From Eledone cirrhosa (taxonomy: Eukaryota), in NCBI GenBank assembly GCA_964016885.1, contig OZ024740.1, forward strand, positions 216,566,001 through 216,630,000: a stretch of DNA of 64,000 bases, written 5' to 3'. Position 1 is the first letter of the stretch. Every line of letters starts with the position of its first letter. Position numbers and translations under genes: made by a program. Of the stretch, positions 13,117-26,688 are shown piece after piece. Under the pieces are notes generated by a model. That model ran no database searches, was not told the DNA's origin, and worked only from the letters and a program-made list of their open reading frames with translations.

Positions 13117-13392
13117 TTAGAAATATGGTCATGTGAAAGTTATACCTATCACATGTCCATACCTGTATTTAACGTTTCCTCTTGCACACTACGGCACTAT
13201 GGCTGGTTCTAGAAATATGGTCATGAGAAAATTATACCTATCATATGTCCATACCTGTATTTAACGTTTCCTCTTGCACACTACGACACTATGGCTGGTT
13301 CTAGAAATATGGTCATGAGAAAATTATACCTATCATATGTCCATACCTGTATTTAACGTTTCCTCTTGCACACTACGGCACTATGGCTGGTT
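13117..13392. repeat. ~93-95-bp tandem repeat, ~3 copies
   Basis: TAGAAATATGGTCATG...TTGCACACTACG.CACTATGGCTGGTTC repeated three times. Confidence 0.88.
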
Positions 13393-14145
13393 CATCTGAA
13401 TTTTTTTTTTCTACTTTCTCAGACCACTTGTGGTCTGTCATTGACGCTGATGACATTAAACATCCAGCTGAATATATATTTCTCAATTTTTGGCACATTT
13501 TCCGCATGCAGTAATACACTTTGTAGACAAGTGTTATATAATCCTACCTTCACTTGGAGAGAGAGAACCTCTTTCTTGTCAACCAAGTTCATAGTTAGTT
13601 AGTTCCCTACAATTTTTTCAGCACTTCCTTATTCTGGCTGCCATACACAATGACCTCTACTACAAGGAATAATTTCTACATCACTTGGCAAATGTCTAAA
13701 TTTCCATATTTTTTAAGTAATTATTTTTATAATTGTTGTGGGTTGGCAGGCAGTTTTTTTTTGTTTGTTTTTTGTTTTTCAAGTCTGGTACATATTTTAT
13801 TGATTTTAAATTTTTTTTATCTAAGTTCATCATCATCATCATCGTCATCTACTTTTCCATAAATCCAAATTTTTTTTAAAACCAAAAGTCATTTCTGAAA
13901 TATATGAAATATAATAAAATGACAAATTGGTTTGTATTGCTTCCCGAAATTCACCAACACAACACCTGTTAATTCCCCCACATATACACATGCACATATG
14001 TGTCTCTGTGTATATCATGACTCATACACTGTTTGCTTTCCTTACATTTCTACATTATTCTATGTACTATACTGGCACCTTTGATGAGTTTTTTTGCACC
14101 TGAGCACTGACCACAATTATTTTCATTATATATTTTCACTTTTTC

Positions 14146-14449
14146 AGTGGTCTCCAGCCTAGTTTCATATGAACTCCAAAGGTTCACTACAATATTTAGG
14201 GAGTAGTTAGTAAAAAGAAAAGGGATGTTCCAATACCATTTGTCAGTAACATTTCATTATTTTTCTTGACATTTTAAAGCTTCTACTTTAATGTTATTCT
14301 TTTATGAGTTAAGGTTGTATTTTTTATAAAGGAAAAAAAAAATGATTATACTCATATGTCCTTTCTATGATAAAGTTAAAGGGTTCTTTTTAAGTCTCTA
14401 AGTAATATTTGGTGTTTGCATCATGAAAATAAGTCTGGAGACTACTCTG
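14146..14449. mobile_element. Old hAT/Charlie-like MITE
   Basis: Degenerate terminal inverted repeats CAGTGGTCTCCAG / CTGGAGACTACTCTG. Confidence 0.4.
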
Positions 14450-15643
14450 CTAGTTCACTGACAAATAAAAACCAAATCAAGTGAGATAACAATGTATACA
14501 ACCAATATCTAACATGAAAGATAACAAAGAAAACTGTCTCAGTATCTGGCAAGGAGCCATTCTGGGACATCATTTATATCTACTTTAATATCTTTATTAA
14601 AAAAAATAGTTTACATTTTATTGATTGTAGTCTATACACCATTGTTGTGAATTGATAAATTAATAGAATATTATTGTTTTAAATCTTTAAAATTCAAAAT
14701 AGAAAATCCTGTTTTTTTTCATTGATTGAAATCTTGTTTAATCCATATCAGTCGTGTCCTAATATCCCTTATTATTAAAGACATTCCAACTGTGACCATC
14801 ACATTATTTTTTACACATATTGTATATATTTTAATGATAACAAAGTTTGAATTGGGTGAGATTTTGTGACATTCCTAGCAGACTCAGTGGCTATATTACT
14901 GTTTCCTCATTACTACAGGCCTTATGTTGTGTGTGTGTGTGTGCGTGCACACATGCAAGCAGGCCTGTGTTTTCATGCTACATATAGTTCAGTTCAAAAT
15001 ATTATTTAAATGACCAAAGGGAAATATTCAGGAAATATGTGATAAACTTTTGATAATTGTTATACAAGTGATGCCAAAATTTATTTTGTTAGGGAACCTT
15101 TAAAGAATTTTCAAAAAATCATGGAACCCATGTTTAATTTTAACAGGACATTAAATGAAAGAAGAATTGTTTCAGAAAGAATTTATTAATAATAAAGAAA
15201 CAATATAATTTTCTATAAAAATTAAAAGGCATCTTATCTCATGAAACTATAGAATTTTTTGTGGAACCCATTTTAAAGAAACAGTCTAATTGTTAAGGAA
15301 AGTATTTAGAACAATTTTTCTCAGTGAAATGGCAGAGTCAAGTCATTAGAAAGAATGTTTTGCAGTATTTGTTTTGACAATGGGTTCTAAGTTCAAATTC
15401 TGCTGCAATCAGCATCACTTTTCATCCTTTTGGGGTTTGTTAAAGTACCACTCCAATATCTGTTCCATCTGTGTGTGCTTTGAATTGAAGTCTTGCCTCA
15501 TGTCATTGGAAAAACTATGATAATTCTGAAGAATGGCAGAGTATCAGCAATGGAAAGATCAGTGGAAACAGTTTCCTTTGTTTGATCTGGAAAATCAACC
15601 TCATTCTTTTCTTGTTTCTTTTTTTTTCTTTCTTATCTCACTT

Positions 15644-15896
15644 TTAACACTTTTGATACCAAACTGCCTGAAACCATGCCTGGTTCCATGATAAAATGCT
15701 TTATTCTAAAGTGTTTATATTTATCTGAATAGCTTCCATCATAGTTTTGTGTAAGAAAATGTATGTTCTAATCACCAGCATAACAATAAGAAAGTTAGTT
15801 ATATTATTAAATCCCTTAAAATTCTTGATTATTTTCAAAATGATTTTAAAACCATATGTAGTGTTTTTCATTAGAAATATGATAATAAAGGGTTAA
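15644..15896. mobile_element. TTAA-flanked (piggyBac-like) MITE
   Basis: TTAACACTTT...AAAGGGTTAA ends. The internal sequence (ACTGCCTGAAACCAT, GAAAGTTAGTTATATT) is shared with 48895-49131. Confidence 0.65.
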
Positions 15897-16829
15897 ATTA
15901 ATAGAAGCCACAAAGTGGGGAAACAATCTGTACAGACTGACTACATTGCAATGTTTTCTAAGTAGATTATCATATATTTCAACTTTAGCATCATGGTAGC
16001 TGATTGGTAAAGAGATGTATTAATTATTTCTACCAATACTAATAGATACTCTGTTCAATGTGTGTTTCATCATTTTTTAAATTTCTGTCTTTTTTTTTAT
16101 ATTGTATATTCTTATTCTACATTCAGAAGAATATAAAAATATATATCATAGTCCCTAAATAACAAAATAATCTTCTATAATAATTTAAACTTATTAATGC
16201 CATGCAGACATTGGTAATTTTGAAGACTGAACTTTTCAATTAAATTCAAAAATTCTAAGACCTCATTGCATGTTTAGATAAATATTTTCCAAAATATATA
16301 AAAGTTGACATTTTCTTTACAAGAATTATTGTTGTACTGTAGAATTAATTTGTTTAATATAATCAAAAATATGGAGAATAACACACATCACTTGTTTGTT
16401 TGTTTTTTTGTTAGATTTTTGAAATTGAATTTAATAACTTTTATCTTTACTTCTAAATTAATTTTTCCTTCACTACAATAAGACAACTTGCTTTCACATT
16501 TCATATACAAGCATCATACAATCTACCCTTCACTTTATTGCTAGCAGAGGTAAAAGCTTTTTGAACTTTTTCCACATCATTTTTTACCTTTTCCACTCTG
16601 CCTGATGATTAGGTCAACTAGGTAAAAGAAGCTATCAACTACTTTTAGTCAGCCTTCTGAAATTTTGAAGGAATTTATTTTGCATGCATTCTAAACTGCT
16701 TCCTACAACAATACATCTACTACATCTCATGTGGATTCATGGTTTCACATTATGTAGACTTCTACTAACTACTTTTCTGCATATTGAGCATGGTCGTTTC
16801 CCTGATCCAAAATCCAGGGCCTTCTCACA

Positions 16830-17205
16830 CCTGTTGGAGGAACCCCTCCTTGGTTGATCTCAACTGCTTCCTATCTCTGACAATATTGGGCCATGTGAGG
16901 CCGAGGTATCAGGTCAGATCATCTGACCTTTGACTGCCCTCTCGTTCTTCTCCACTGCCTTGATGTCCTCTCTGTCACTCTAATAGTCCACCTGTTGTCT
17001 CTGAAACGAGAGATGTGGTCAGTGCATCTATATTTACAGTTTCCCTGATGGTAGTATTATATATCATCATTCTTTGTCTTATTTTTCTATGCTTGTATAG
17101 TTTAGATGGAGCTTTTCTAGCACAACTTCCCTCCACCTTCAGTGTTTCTTCTTCATCTCTGTGAGGTTCAGCATTTTGAGATCTGCTCTCACCAATTCCA
17201 ACCAA
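16830..17205 (-). mobile_element. Decayed RTE-clade LINE C-terminal fragment
   Basis: Minus strand reads ...GGLLE*QRGH...RSDDLT*YLGLTWPNIVRDRKQLRS, resembling the RTE terminal W.DDL...W....DR..WR motif. Confidence 0.5.
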
Positions 17206-17591
17206 GTCTTTGTTAGTCTTCCTCTACTGCAGCCAGATGAAGTGACCAAGCTGAAACTTCGAAGTCACTGGCACATTACTGCTTAGACCATAACATTTTT
17301 TAAATAAATATTTTATTTATCTTAAATATTGTCAGATCTGAAATAAAACTATTCATTTAATTTAATATCATCATCATCACCACCATCATCATTATCATCA
17401 TATGTCTGCTTTCCTTGTTAGCGGTAATATCATATTTAGACAAATATATAATCCTGTTTATATTTATATTACTTTGATGAATAATTTATGGTTAGAATAA
17501 CTGAACTAACATGGAATTCATTTCAATGATCTCTTCTTGCTAAATGTAATAACATGCTTTGTATGTCACATGACTGACATAAATTACTTCT

Positions 17592-18899
17592 CCAGTCTAA
17601 CTAGTCTGTACTCTTAGATAGCTGTTGAAATCCAGTCTAACTAGTGTGTACTCTTAGATATCTGTTGAAACCCAGTCTAACTAGTCTGTACTCTTAGATA
17701 TCTGTTGAAACCCAGTCTAACTAGTATGTACTCTTAGATATCTGTTGAAACCCAGTCTAACTAATGTGCACTCTTAGATATCTGTTGAAACCCAGTCTAA
17801 CTAGTGTGTACTCTTAGATATCTGTTGAAACCCAGTCTAACTAGTGTGTACTCTTAGATATCTGTTGAAACCCAGTCTAACTAATGTGTACTCTTAGATA
17901 TCTGTTGAAACCCAGTCTAACTAGTGTGTACTCTTAGATATCTGTTGAAACCTAGTCTAACTAATGTGTACTCTTAGATATCTGTTGAAACCCAGTCTAA
18001 CTAGTGTGTACTCTTAGATATCTGTTGAAACCCAGTCTAACTAATGTGTACTCTTAGATATCTGTTGAAACCCAGTCTAACTAGTGTGTACTCTTAGATA
18101 TCTGTTGAAACCCAGTCTAACTAGTGTGTACTCTTAGATATCTGTTGAAACCCAGTCTAACTAATGTGTACTCTTAGATATCTGTTGAAACCCAGTCTAA
18201 CTAGTGTGTACTCTTAGATATCTGTTGAAACCCAGTCTAACTAGTGTGTACTCTTAGATATCTGTTGAAACCCAGTCTAACTAATGTGTACTCTTAGATA
18301 TCTGTTGAAACCCAGTCTAACTAGTGTGTACTCTTAGATATCTGTTGAAGCCCAGTCTAACTAATGTGTACTCTTAGATATCTGTTGAAACCCAGTCTAA
18401 CTAGTCTATACTTTTAGATAGCTGTTGAAACCCAGTCTAACTAGTGTGTACTCTTAGATATCTATTGAAACCCAGTCTAACTAGTCTGTACTCTTAGATA
18501 GCTGTTCTAATCCAGTCTAACTAGTGTGTACTCTTAGATATCTATTGAAACCCAGTCTAACTAATCTGTACTCCCAGGTAACTATTGAAACCCAATCTAA
18601 CTAATGTGTACTCTTAGATATCTGTTGAAACCCAGTCTAATGAGTTTGTACTTTTAGATATCTGTTGAAATCCAGTCTAACTAGCATGTACTCTTAGATA
18701 TCTGTTGAAATCCAGTCTAACTAGCATGTACTCTTAGATATCTGTTGAAATCCAGTCTAACTAGCATGTACTCTTAGATATCTGTTGAAATCCAGTCTAA
18801 CTAGCATGTACTCTTAGATATCTGTTGAAATCCAGTCTAACTAGCATGTACTCTTAGATATCTGTTGAAATCCAGTCTAACTAGTGTGTACTCTTAGAT
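17592..18899. repeat. Minisatellite, 40-bp unit, ~32 copies
   Basis: Unit CCAGTCTAACTAGTGTGTACTCTTAGATATCTGTTGAAAC, head to tail with no spacers. Confidence 0.97.
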
Positions 18900-18912
18900 T
18901 TGTGTTCAAAAT

Positions 18913-19101
18913 TTTTTCTACATTTGGCACAAGGCCAGAAATTATCCTAGTGCATTACTGGTTCTTTATTTTATCGACCCCGTAAGGATGATAGGCAAAG
19001 TTAACCTCGGCTGGATTTGAACTCAGAATGGCAAGGGCCATAACTCTATGCATCAAAGCATGGTGTCCGACCCTCTACTGATACTGCCAATCCACCACGC
19101 C
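18913..19101 (-). mobile_element. SINE family A
   Basis: Reverse-complement full copy. Confidence 0.85.
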
Positions 19102-19139
19102 ATTAAATAAATAATGCACCATCTTCAGCATTCAGTAAT

Positions 19140-19645
19140 CAGAAGAAACGGGGTAGGTGTAAAAGCCAAACTCACTATTTTTATTTCAGTATTTGTGCCA
19201 ACCCTTAACTATGGTCATGAATTTTGTGTAATGACTAAAAGAATACAATCATAAATACAAGCAGCCAAAATGGGGTTCCTCTGGAGGGTCTTTGGAGTAA
19301 CGTTACTCGATAGAGTGTGTAGCTCAGAGATCAGAGAGTCACTCCAGAGCCACTACTTCTCCAAATTGGGAAATCACAGCTGTGATACTATAGGTATGTG
19401 GTTAGAATGTCTCAGGAAAGAATTGCTGGACAGATTTTACAGGCAAAAACCAACCGGCAGGAGACCCACGTGTAGACCCCAAGCAAGATGGTTGGATAAC
19501 ATCCATGAGCTTAGCTGATCTCACTTGGGAATCCAGCTGGAATCAGTTGGAAATGGTTGCTTTTGACAGGACCCACTGGAAGGAGTGTTTGAGAACTCTA
19601 CCCCCCCATGACCCTCTCAGGAATAAGTGGGCAAAGAAGAAAAAA
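19140..19645 (+). mobile_element. RTE-clade LINE 3' fragment (second RTE family)
   Basis: PTLTYGHE.., MGFLWRVFGVTLLDRV, GRRP.CRP..RW.DNI motifs with frameshifts and a (GAA) tail. Homologous to 20030-20225 (-) and 35410-35825 (-). Confidence 0.8.
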
Positions 19646-21129
19646 TAAATAAATAAAAATGTTTAATTTACTCAGTTTTGAAATGAAATGGAATGGAGGT
19701 AGGTTGTGCCTGCTGATATATTTGTAATGGAGGTACCTCACTTTTGTACCAACATATTACTTATTGAATTTTATGGTTGGAATTTGACAGAACAAACCCA
19801 TCACCTACTTTTAGAACAAACCCATCACCTACTTTTAAGTGATTCCACTTGATACCAGAAATTGTACTGTTGTATTTATTTCATTACTTCTCAAATACTT
19901 TATCTGTAGAGCTGCCTTCCTTCTTCATGATTAATGGAATTGTAGCATTTCATGTTGGTTCAGATTAACTTTATAGTCTCCATATTCTATATTTTCCTGC
20001 TGAATATTGGAAGTCATTCTTATTCTGCTTCACCAACTTATTCTTTCCTGTGAGAATCATGACAGAAGAGTCCTTAAGCATGCCTTCCACCGATCCTGTC
20101 AGAAGTAAACCATCTCCAATTGATCCGACTGAATCCCCTGGTGAGACCAGCTGAGTTTGTGTATGTTATCCAACCATCTTGCTCAGGAGTCTAACCCTGG
20201 GTCTCCTGCCGGCTATCTTCAGCACTGTACATGTAGAAAATTAAAAGATTGTTTGTAGATATAACACTAATAATTAGTTGTATATAGTTTTTGCTTTTAA
20301 GTCCTAAAAAACAACACAAAGTAGTTATCCTCTGATCATTTTAGTATAAAATGCAATTATATTTGCTTTGCTACACTTATATTCAATATGGATGATGAAA
20401 TTCTTGATGAAAATGTGTCCTGTTTTAGAAATAAAAAAACAAATGTATATTTACTATGATCAAAACCCCAAGACTACAAAGATTGTGAATAAATGATTGG
20501 TGACTGTTATAGATTTAACAAATCCTAGTTACTACTTCTGTCAATTAAAAGCAGTTGTTTTTAAACAGGAATTGGAGAAGACAGTGTGCTGCTGCCTTCA
20601 CTTTCAGACACCCTCACAAACTAGAAAGTTTCTTGCAATGAAAACTAGAGTACTCAGTCTTATATGGAGACTAATCTTCAGTAAACTTCAGTTAAACAGA
20701 AATAGATTTTCCATAAATTTCTGGATTCACAAATTAAATATTTAATGGAGTTTATATAACACACATTGTATCGACAATCATTAGAGTCAGATTTAGCATC
20801 ATAGTATTTGATTCCAACTCTTAGCAGCAGTCTCAGTTCAAATCTTACTGAGGTCAACTTTGCTTTCATTATTTCATGGTCTATAAATAAAGTACCAGTC
20901 CAGAGATGTTAGATTAATGAAGTCATTATAAAGTCAGATGGTATGGCTTGTGGTGTATATTCTGAGTTTAAATACCACCTCTTGTCACTGGAAAACTGTT
21001 GTTGATTCTGCCAGGAGTTGCAAGCAATAGATGTTATTTGCAATGGAAATATAATTTCTTTGCTCTAGTCTGATGATTAGCTTCTTTCCTAGAGGAATGC
21101 TCAACAAGATCCCAGACCTCATTCACTTA

Positions 21130-21345
21130 TCAAGCGGGGTGGAATTCGCCAAATCGGACTAAGAAAACAATGTTTTCATTGGGCTTTCTATTGTTCATAT
21201 TATCTACCAGTTGCAACTCCTGGCAGTGCAACATGAAATAAAGGGTTTTGCTCAAGGACATATTGCATTGCTCGGTCCGGGAATCAAACTTTCAACCTCA
21301 TGATTATGAATCCAATTCTCTAACTACTAAACCATGCACCTTCAC
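21130..21345 (-). mobile_element. SINE family B
   Basis: Reverse complement of 5748-5965 (TTGCTCAAGGAC...GGAATCAAAC...AATCCAATTCTCTAAC). Confidence 0.65.
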
Positions 21346-21363
21346 AGATAACACTTTGTTATG

Positions 21364-22278
21364 TTGTATATATTTAAGATGAAGGTTTACTGATCTATAC
21401 ATGTTACCCTTTCTCTACTGACTAATATATTATATATATTTGAGATGAAGGTTTACTGATCTATACATGTTACCCTTTCTCTACTGACTAATATATTGTA
21501 TATATTTAAGATGAAGGTTTACTGATCTATACATGTTACCCCTTCTCTACTGACTAATATATTATATATATTTGAGATGAAGGTTTACTGATCTATACAT
21601 GTTACCCTTTCTCTACTGACTAATATATTGTATATATTTGAGATGAAGGTTTACTGATCTATACATGTTACCCCTTCTCTACTGACTAATATATTATATA
21701 TATTTGAGATGAAGGTTTACTGATCTATACATGTTACCCTTTCTCTACTGACTAATATATTATATATATTTGAGATGAAGGTTTACTGATCTATACATGT
21801 TACCCTTTCTCTACTGACTAATATATTGTATATATTTGAGATGAAGGTTTACTGATCTATACATGTTACCCCTTCTCTACTGACTAATATATTATATATA
21901 TTTGAGATGAAGGTTTACTGATCTATACATGTTACCCTTTCTCTACTGACTAATATATTGTATATATTTGAGATGAAGGTTTACTGATCTATACATGTTA
22001 CCCTTTCTCTACTGACTAATATATTATATATATTTGAGATGAAGGTTTACTGATCTATACATGTTACCCTTTCTCTACTGACTAATATATTGTATATATT
22101 TGAGATGAAGGTTTACTGATCTATACATGTTACCCTTTCTCTACTGACTAATATATTATATATATTTGAGATGAAGGTTTACTGATCTATACATGTTACC
22201 CTTTCTCTACTGACTAATATATTATATATATTTGAGATGAAGGTTTACTGATCTATACATGTTACTCCTTCTCTACTA
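21364..22278. repeat. Minisatellite, 66-bp unit, ~14 copies
   Basis: Unit GATGAAGGTTTACTGATCTATACATGTTACCCTTTCTCTACTGACTAATATATTATATATATTTGA, nearly identical between copies. Confidence 0.97.
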
Positions 22279-23169
22279 ATACAAATAATCAACTTACTTT
22301 TTATTTTTAATGTACCAAGTTTCACACTTGAATTTAGATATATTTTTAATCAATTCAACTTATTTCCCCTCTTTTAAAATTAAAGATCTAATTGATTTAT
22401 TATCAAACAAAAACCACTTATTTATATAATCTGGCTGATCAAGCAGTAGAAAAAAATCAATAATTAATAATAACTATTTAGAAAGTTATATTGTTTCAAC
22501 TGAGAGTCCTTTAATCTTCTTAAATTAATTTCTTTCCTTCAAATTTCATTGCACTTTTATTTTAGAATATTTTACAAAGCTTACACATTATATTCCAGTT
22601 ATTGCTATCTCCCTGTAGAGTAACACCCAATAGATGTTTTAAATTCATCAACTAGTAATATTTTACTTTAATATTCCATGGTACTAATCTTTCAAAACAT
22701 ACTCTGATATTTTTTTTAAAGCTGCAATGCAACCTTTGTCATTTATGTATTTTAAAATGTTACTTTTATCATTAAATCAATGAATGCTATTGTTTTTATT
22801 TATTTATATAAAAAAAAAAAAGAAGTCTATTTTAGTGCCATAACTGCTTCAGGCAAATTTGAATAAATAAAACAATTGAAGGTACATAACATATGTTGTT
22901 CAGTAAGGAAGCAATTCTAGAGAAGAACGTTATTTGGTAGAACAGAAACAATAAAAGTGCTAAATACATGATTCATGTGTCTCTTTACAATACAGTGACA
23001 GCACTGATTTCATTCTCAGGCCTTTAAGAAAAGAGCCACAGCTGCTGTTGATGTTTAACTAAAGTCAACTTTTGTTGATCAGACTTATGATTAAAGGCAT
23101 TCCTCCCTATTTTGAACTCATCTTGCATTACATTAATATGTATACGTACTATTTTAAAACATTTTCATG

Positions 23170-23370
23170 CTAGTGTGTGGCTGAGTGGTTAGAGAATTGG
23201 ATTCACAATCGTAAGGTTGTGAATTCGATTCCTGGACCGGGCGCTGTGTTACACCCTTGAGCAAGACACTTTATTTTATGTTGCTCCTTCTACCCAGAGT
23301 TGCAACCGATAGGTAGTACTAGTAATTGGAAAGACCAATGGAAATGTTGTTTGCTTGGTCCGATTTGATG
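23170..23370 (+). mobile_element. SINE family B
   Basis: TGGCTGAGTGG A box, ATTCGATTCC B box, CCCTTGAGCAAGACACTTTATT. Confidence 0.75.
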
Positions 23371-23814
23371 AAAGTCGATTGACTGTCATCATGCTAACTT
23401 ATTTGAATTCATCTAAATGTTTATAATTTCAATACTGCTAATTGTAACAAATTCATATTTAAATTCAAACTCTATATTATAATTGTGAATGAGACCTATT
23501 TAAGATTTGTTATTATAATAAATATTTCCAAATTTGCACATATTTTGAAATTCATTGTAACACATAGCCAGAGTAGCTTATGGTAATTAAAGTGTTAGAA
23601 TGTGATTTGAGGGAGATTTGGCTACTATTTCTTGGTGGTTAAGAAACCATGGACGTGCTCCCTGCCTGAAGTGAGTAGCTTTAGTAGTGTTCAGTTTGAA
23701 TGTTTGCAGATATCGTGTTGTAGTGGGTATGGAAGGCTTTTCTACCTGTTATTTTATCTAAAGACATTTTTTCCAATTCCAACCCACCCTCAATCTATCT
23801 TATTTCTCCTTCTT

Positions 23815-23850
23815 TCTTCTGATGAAGGACTAGCGTCCGAAACGTTAAGA
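23815..23850 (+). ncRNA. Minimal type I hammerhead ribozyme (Penelope pLTR-type)
   Basis: Stem I TCTT/AAGA, core CTGATGA(A), stem II GGAC-TAGC-GTCC, then GAAAC-GTT with palindromic stem III. Confidence 0.8.
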
Positions 23851-24217
23851 CCCTCTTCCTGCTATATCAAGCGTTAACCTAATATATCTCTTCCATATGC
23901 AGTACCGATTGTGTTGTTATTTCTGTTTACCTTTTAAATACATATATATATATATATATAACAGAAAACAGAAGTTAAACAGAAAAAATGAATGGAATAA
24001 CAACAACAACAACCATACCCAAACAAACAATACTGACTTCAGGGAAATCTAAATAAATAAATAAATAAATATATACACAAGTACAATAACAACAAACACA
24101 TATAAACACACACTAGTAAACAAAGATAGAATACAAAAACCAAAACACATACACTCAAACGCGAACACACACCAAACATTATACACACACGCAAACGCAT
24201 GCGCAACGACTGAGACA

Positions 24218-24276
<59 letters not shown>

Positions 24277-25269
24277 AATAAAATAAAATAAAAATAGCGT
24301 AAATATTACAATACAATGGGAGGGAACATGATAATAGTACCACTGATGCAGATGTGCCACAAAAGAACTTTGTTAGACTACATATATATATTTATATCTG
24401 TATTTTTAACCGTTGGTCAGTCAATGATAAACATTGATTGCCAAATAAATTAACTGTGGAGATATAAAAGATACAGAAGCGAAAACCAACCAAACAGAGA
24501 GTGTGTTCTGTTATTATTTCTGGCAATATTATTTCAACAATATGACCCTCCCCAAGTATAACAATATATATTCAAGTGGGAAAATTCCCGTCCAAACCCA
24601 TGCAAGCGTGGAAGATGGACGTTAAACAATGATGATGATGATGATGACATACATAAATATATACAGTTGTTTTTTTTTTGTTTTTTTTCTTAGTCCATGT
24701 GCCTGAAGGGTCAGTTTAAGAGTGCCTCCTCTATTATACAGTGGTGGCCATGACTGGACCTTGAAACCAATGGTAGCACATACATGTTAAGTGTATGAAA
24801 CTTTGTTTATACTATATATATATGTATACACATCATCATCATTATCGTTTCACTGGTAGCAAACTACCACAATCTTCTTCCACAAATTGTAGTTTTCATA
24901 ACCAGTTATTTTCCTGTTGTCAGGTGATTAGGGGTGACAAAGTGCTGGAAGAAATACCACAAGGTATCTCATGCAATGCTCTAACATGTCTGCTAATCCA
25001 CTGACAGTCTTGGACCGCTAATTTATTTCATTGGTCCTCCTCAGTAGTATCTCAACTCAGCACAGAGAACCAGAACAAAGAGTATATATTTGATACTCTA
25101 ATAACTCTACCTAATATATTACTATTGATGTATAAGGGTAAAGAGAGAGAGAGAGGGTAGAGAGAGAGAGAGTGGGGGGGGATAAGGGTAGAGAGACGGA
25201 GTAGGGAGAGAGAGAGAGAGAGAGGATAAGGGTAGAGAGAGAGAGGGTAGAGGGAGGATAAGGGTATAA

Positions 25270-25731
25270 AACGATGGACAACATGCTTTGCTAAGTACAA
25301 ACCACTATCTCCCTACGAACGACTGATGCTGTACACCAGATCAGAACATGGAAGAGCTGAAATCCCACTGTCATCGCCTCCATCTCTCTGTATTATGAGC
25401 AAATCGGGTCCCATGTGCTGGCCACCCCATGGCCCCGGTGGACAGAATGGAGAAGGTGTTTCCCCGGAGGATGGTAAGGGAGATGAGCTGGAAGAGCCAT
25501 TCCATCCCGCGAGGCTCACACCTGTGGCTAGCCAGCTCAGCGCCTATGGATGGTATATAGTTATGTCCCTTTACGTTCTAAATTCAAATCCCACCAAGGT
25601 TAGTTTGCCTTTTATCCTTACGGGGTTTGATAAAATAAAGTACCAGTAATGGACTGGGGTCGATTTATTCTACTTCCACCACCCCACCCCACCCACCCGA
25701 AAATTGTTGGCCTTGTGCTTAAATCAGAAGC

Positions 25732-25735
<4 letters not shown>
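25270..25735 (+). mobile_element. SINE family A interrupted by a ~260-bp GC-rich insertion
   Basis: Head GGACAACATGCTTTG ends at ~25290. The element resumes at TATATAGTTATGTCCCTTTACG (~25553) and ends in an (ATT)n tail. Confidence 0.7.
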
Positions 25736-25789
<54 letters not shown>

Positions 25790-26282
25790 GTTGTTGTTGT
25801 TGTTAAAGACTTGGAGTTAGCAAGACATGGGTTTAAATGTAGCAATATTTATTACATTTTACTTCCCCTTATTTCTGCCTTCAAATCCCTACATATTTCA
25901 GCTTCTAGGGGTCATTACAATATCTACCAGTCATATAAGTGTAAGTCATGACTGCAGTCACATGACAGATACTAGTGAAAGACGAAAAGTACATATAATA
26001 CCTATTGAATTCACTTTATACCCTCTACCTAACTGGAACAAAATACTGTTATTGGTATTGTTGTTAGTAGTAGTAGTAGTAGTAGTAGTCATGATAATAT
26101 GATGCTGTTGGTCGTGGGAAGTGTTCCACTTATATAGACTTTCATTTTCTATGATAATTTTATAGAAATTCAATTATTTAATAGTTTTAATAAGAAAAAG
26201 TAGGTCTCCTTCATGTATGAATTAGAATTTTTCATATCGGTAAATATATGAATATGTATTAGTGTGTGTGAAAGTGTGCATA

Positions 26283-26339
<57 letters not shown>

Positions 26340-26520
26340 ATATATTATATATATATATTATATATATATATATATTATATATATTATATATATATATATA
26401 TTTTATATATATTATATATATTATATATATATATATATATTTTATATATTATATATATATATATTTCGTTTCTGAATTTGTTTAGCAAGATTCTTTATCT
26501 GAAATCGTGTGTTGAAACCG

Positions 26521-26688
26521 ATATTGTTATACTTTGGGAGGGTCATGGAACCAACCAACCAACCAGAAATTTATAAGTTTGTAGATTTGTAAATTTATAA
26601 ATTTATAAATATATAATAAATTGAAGTGAAAGCAACTGGTGCGTGTGTTTCTTATTGGCAACATGACCCTCCCAAAGTATAACAATAT
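26521..26688. mobile_element. MITE with perfect 27-bp terminal inverted repeats, in (TA)n
   Basis: ATATTGTTATACTTTGGGAGGGTCATG (26521-26547) / CATGACCCTCCCAAAGTATAACAATAT (26662-26688). A second right end lies at ~24542-24568. Confidence 0.8.

Noticed and set aside
17233-17272. Hammerhead at CAGATGA...GAAAC
   Set aside because: The core is altered and the helices are not in hammerhead register.
17592-18899. CRISPR-like array (40-bp repeat ending in GTTGAAAC)
   Set aside because: Units are contiguous with no unique spacers, there are no cas genes, and the context is eukaryotic. It is a plain minisatellite.
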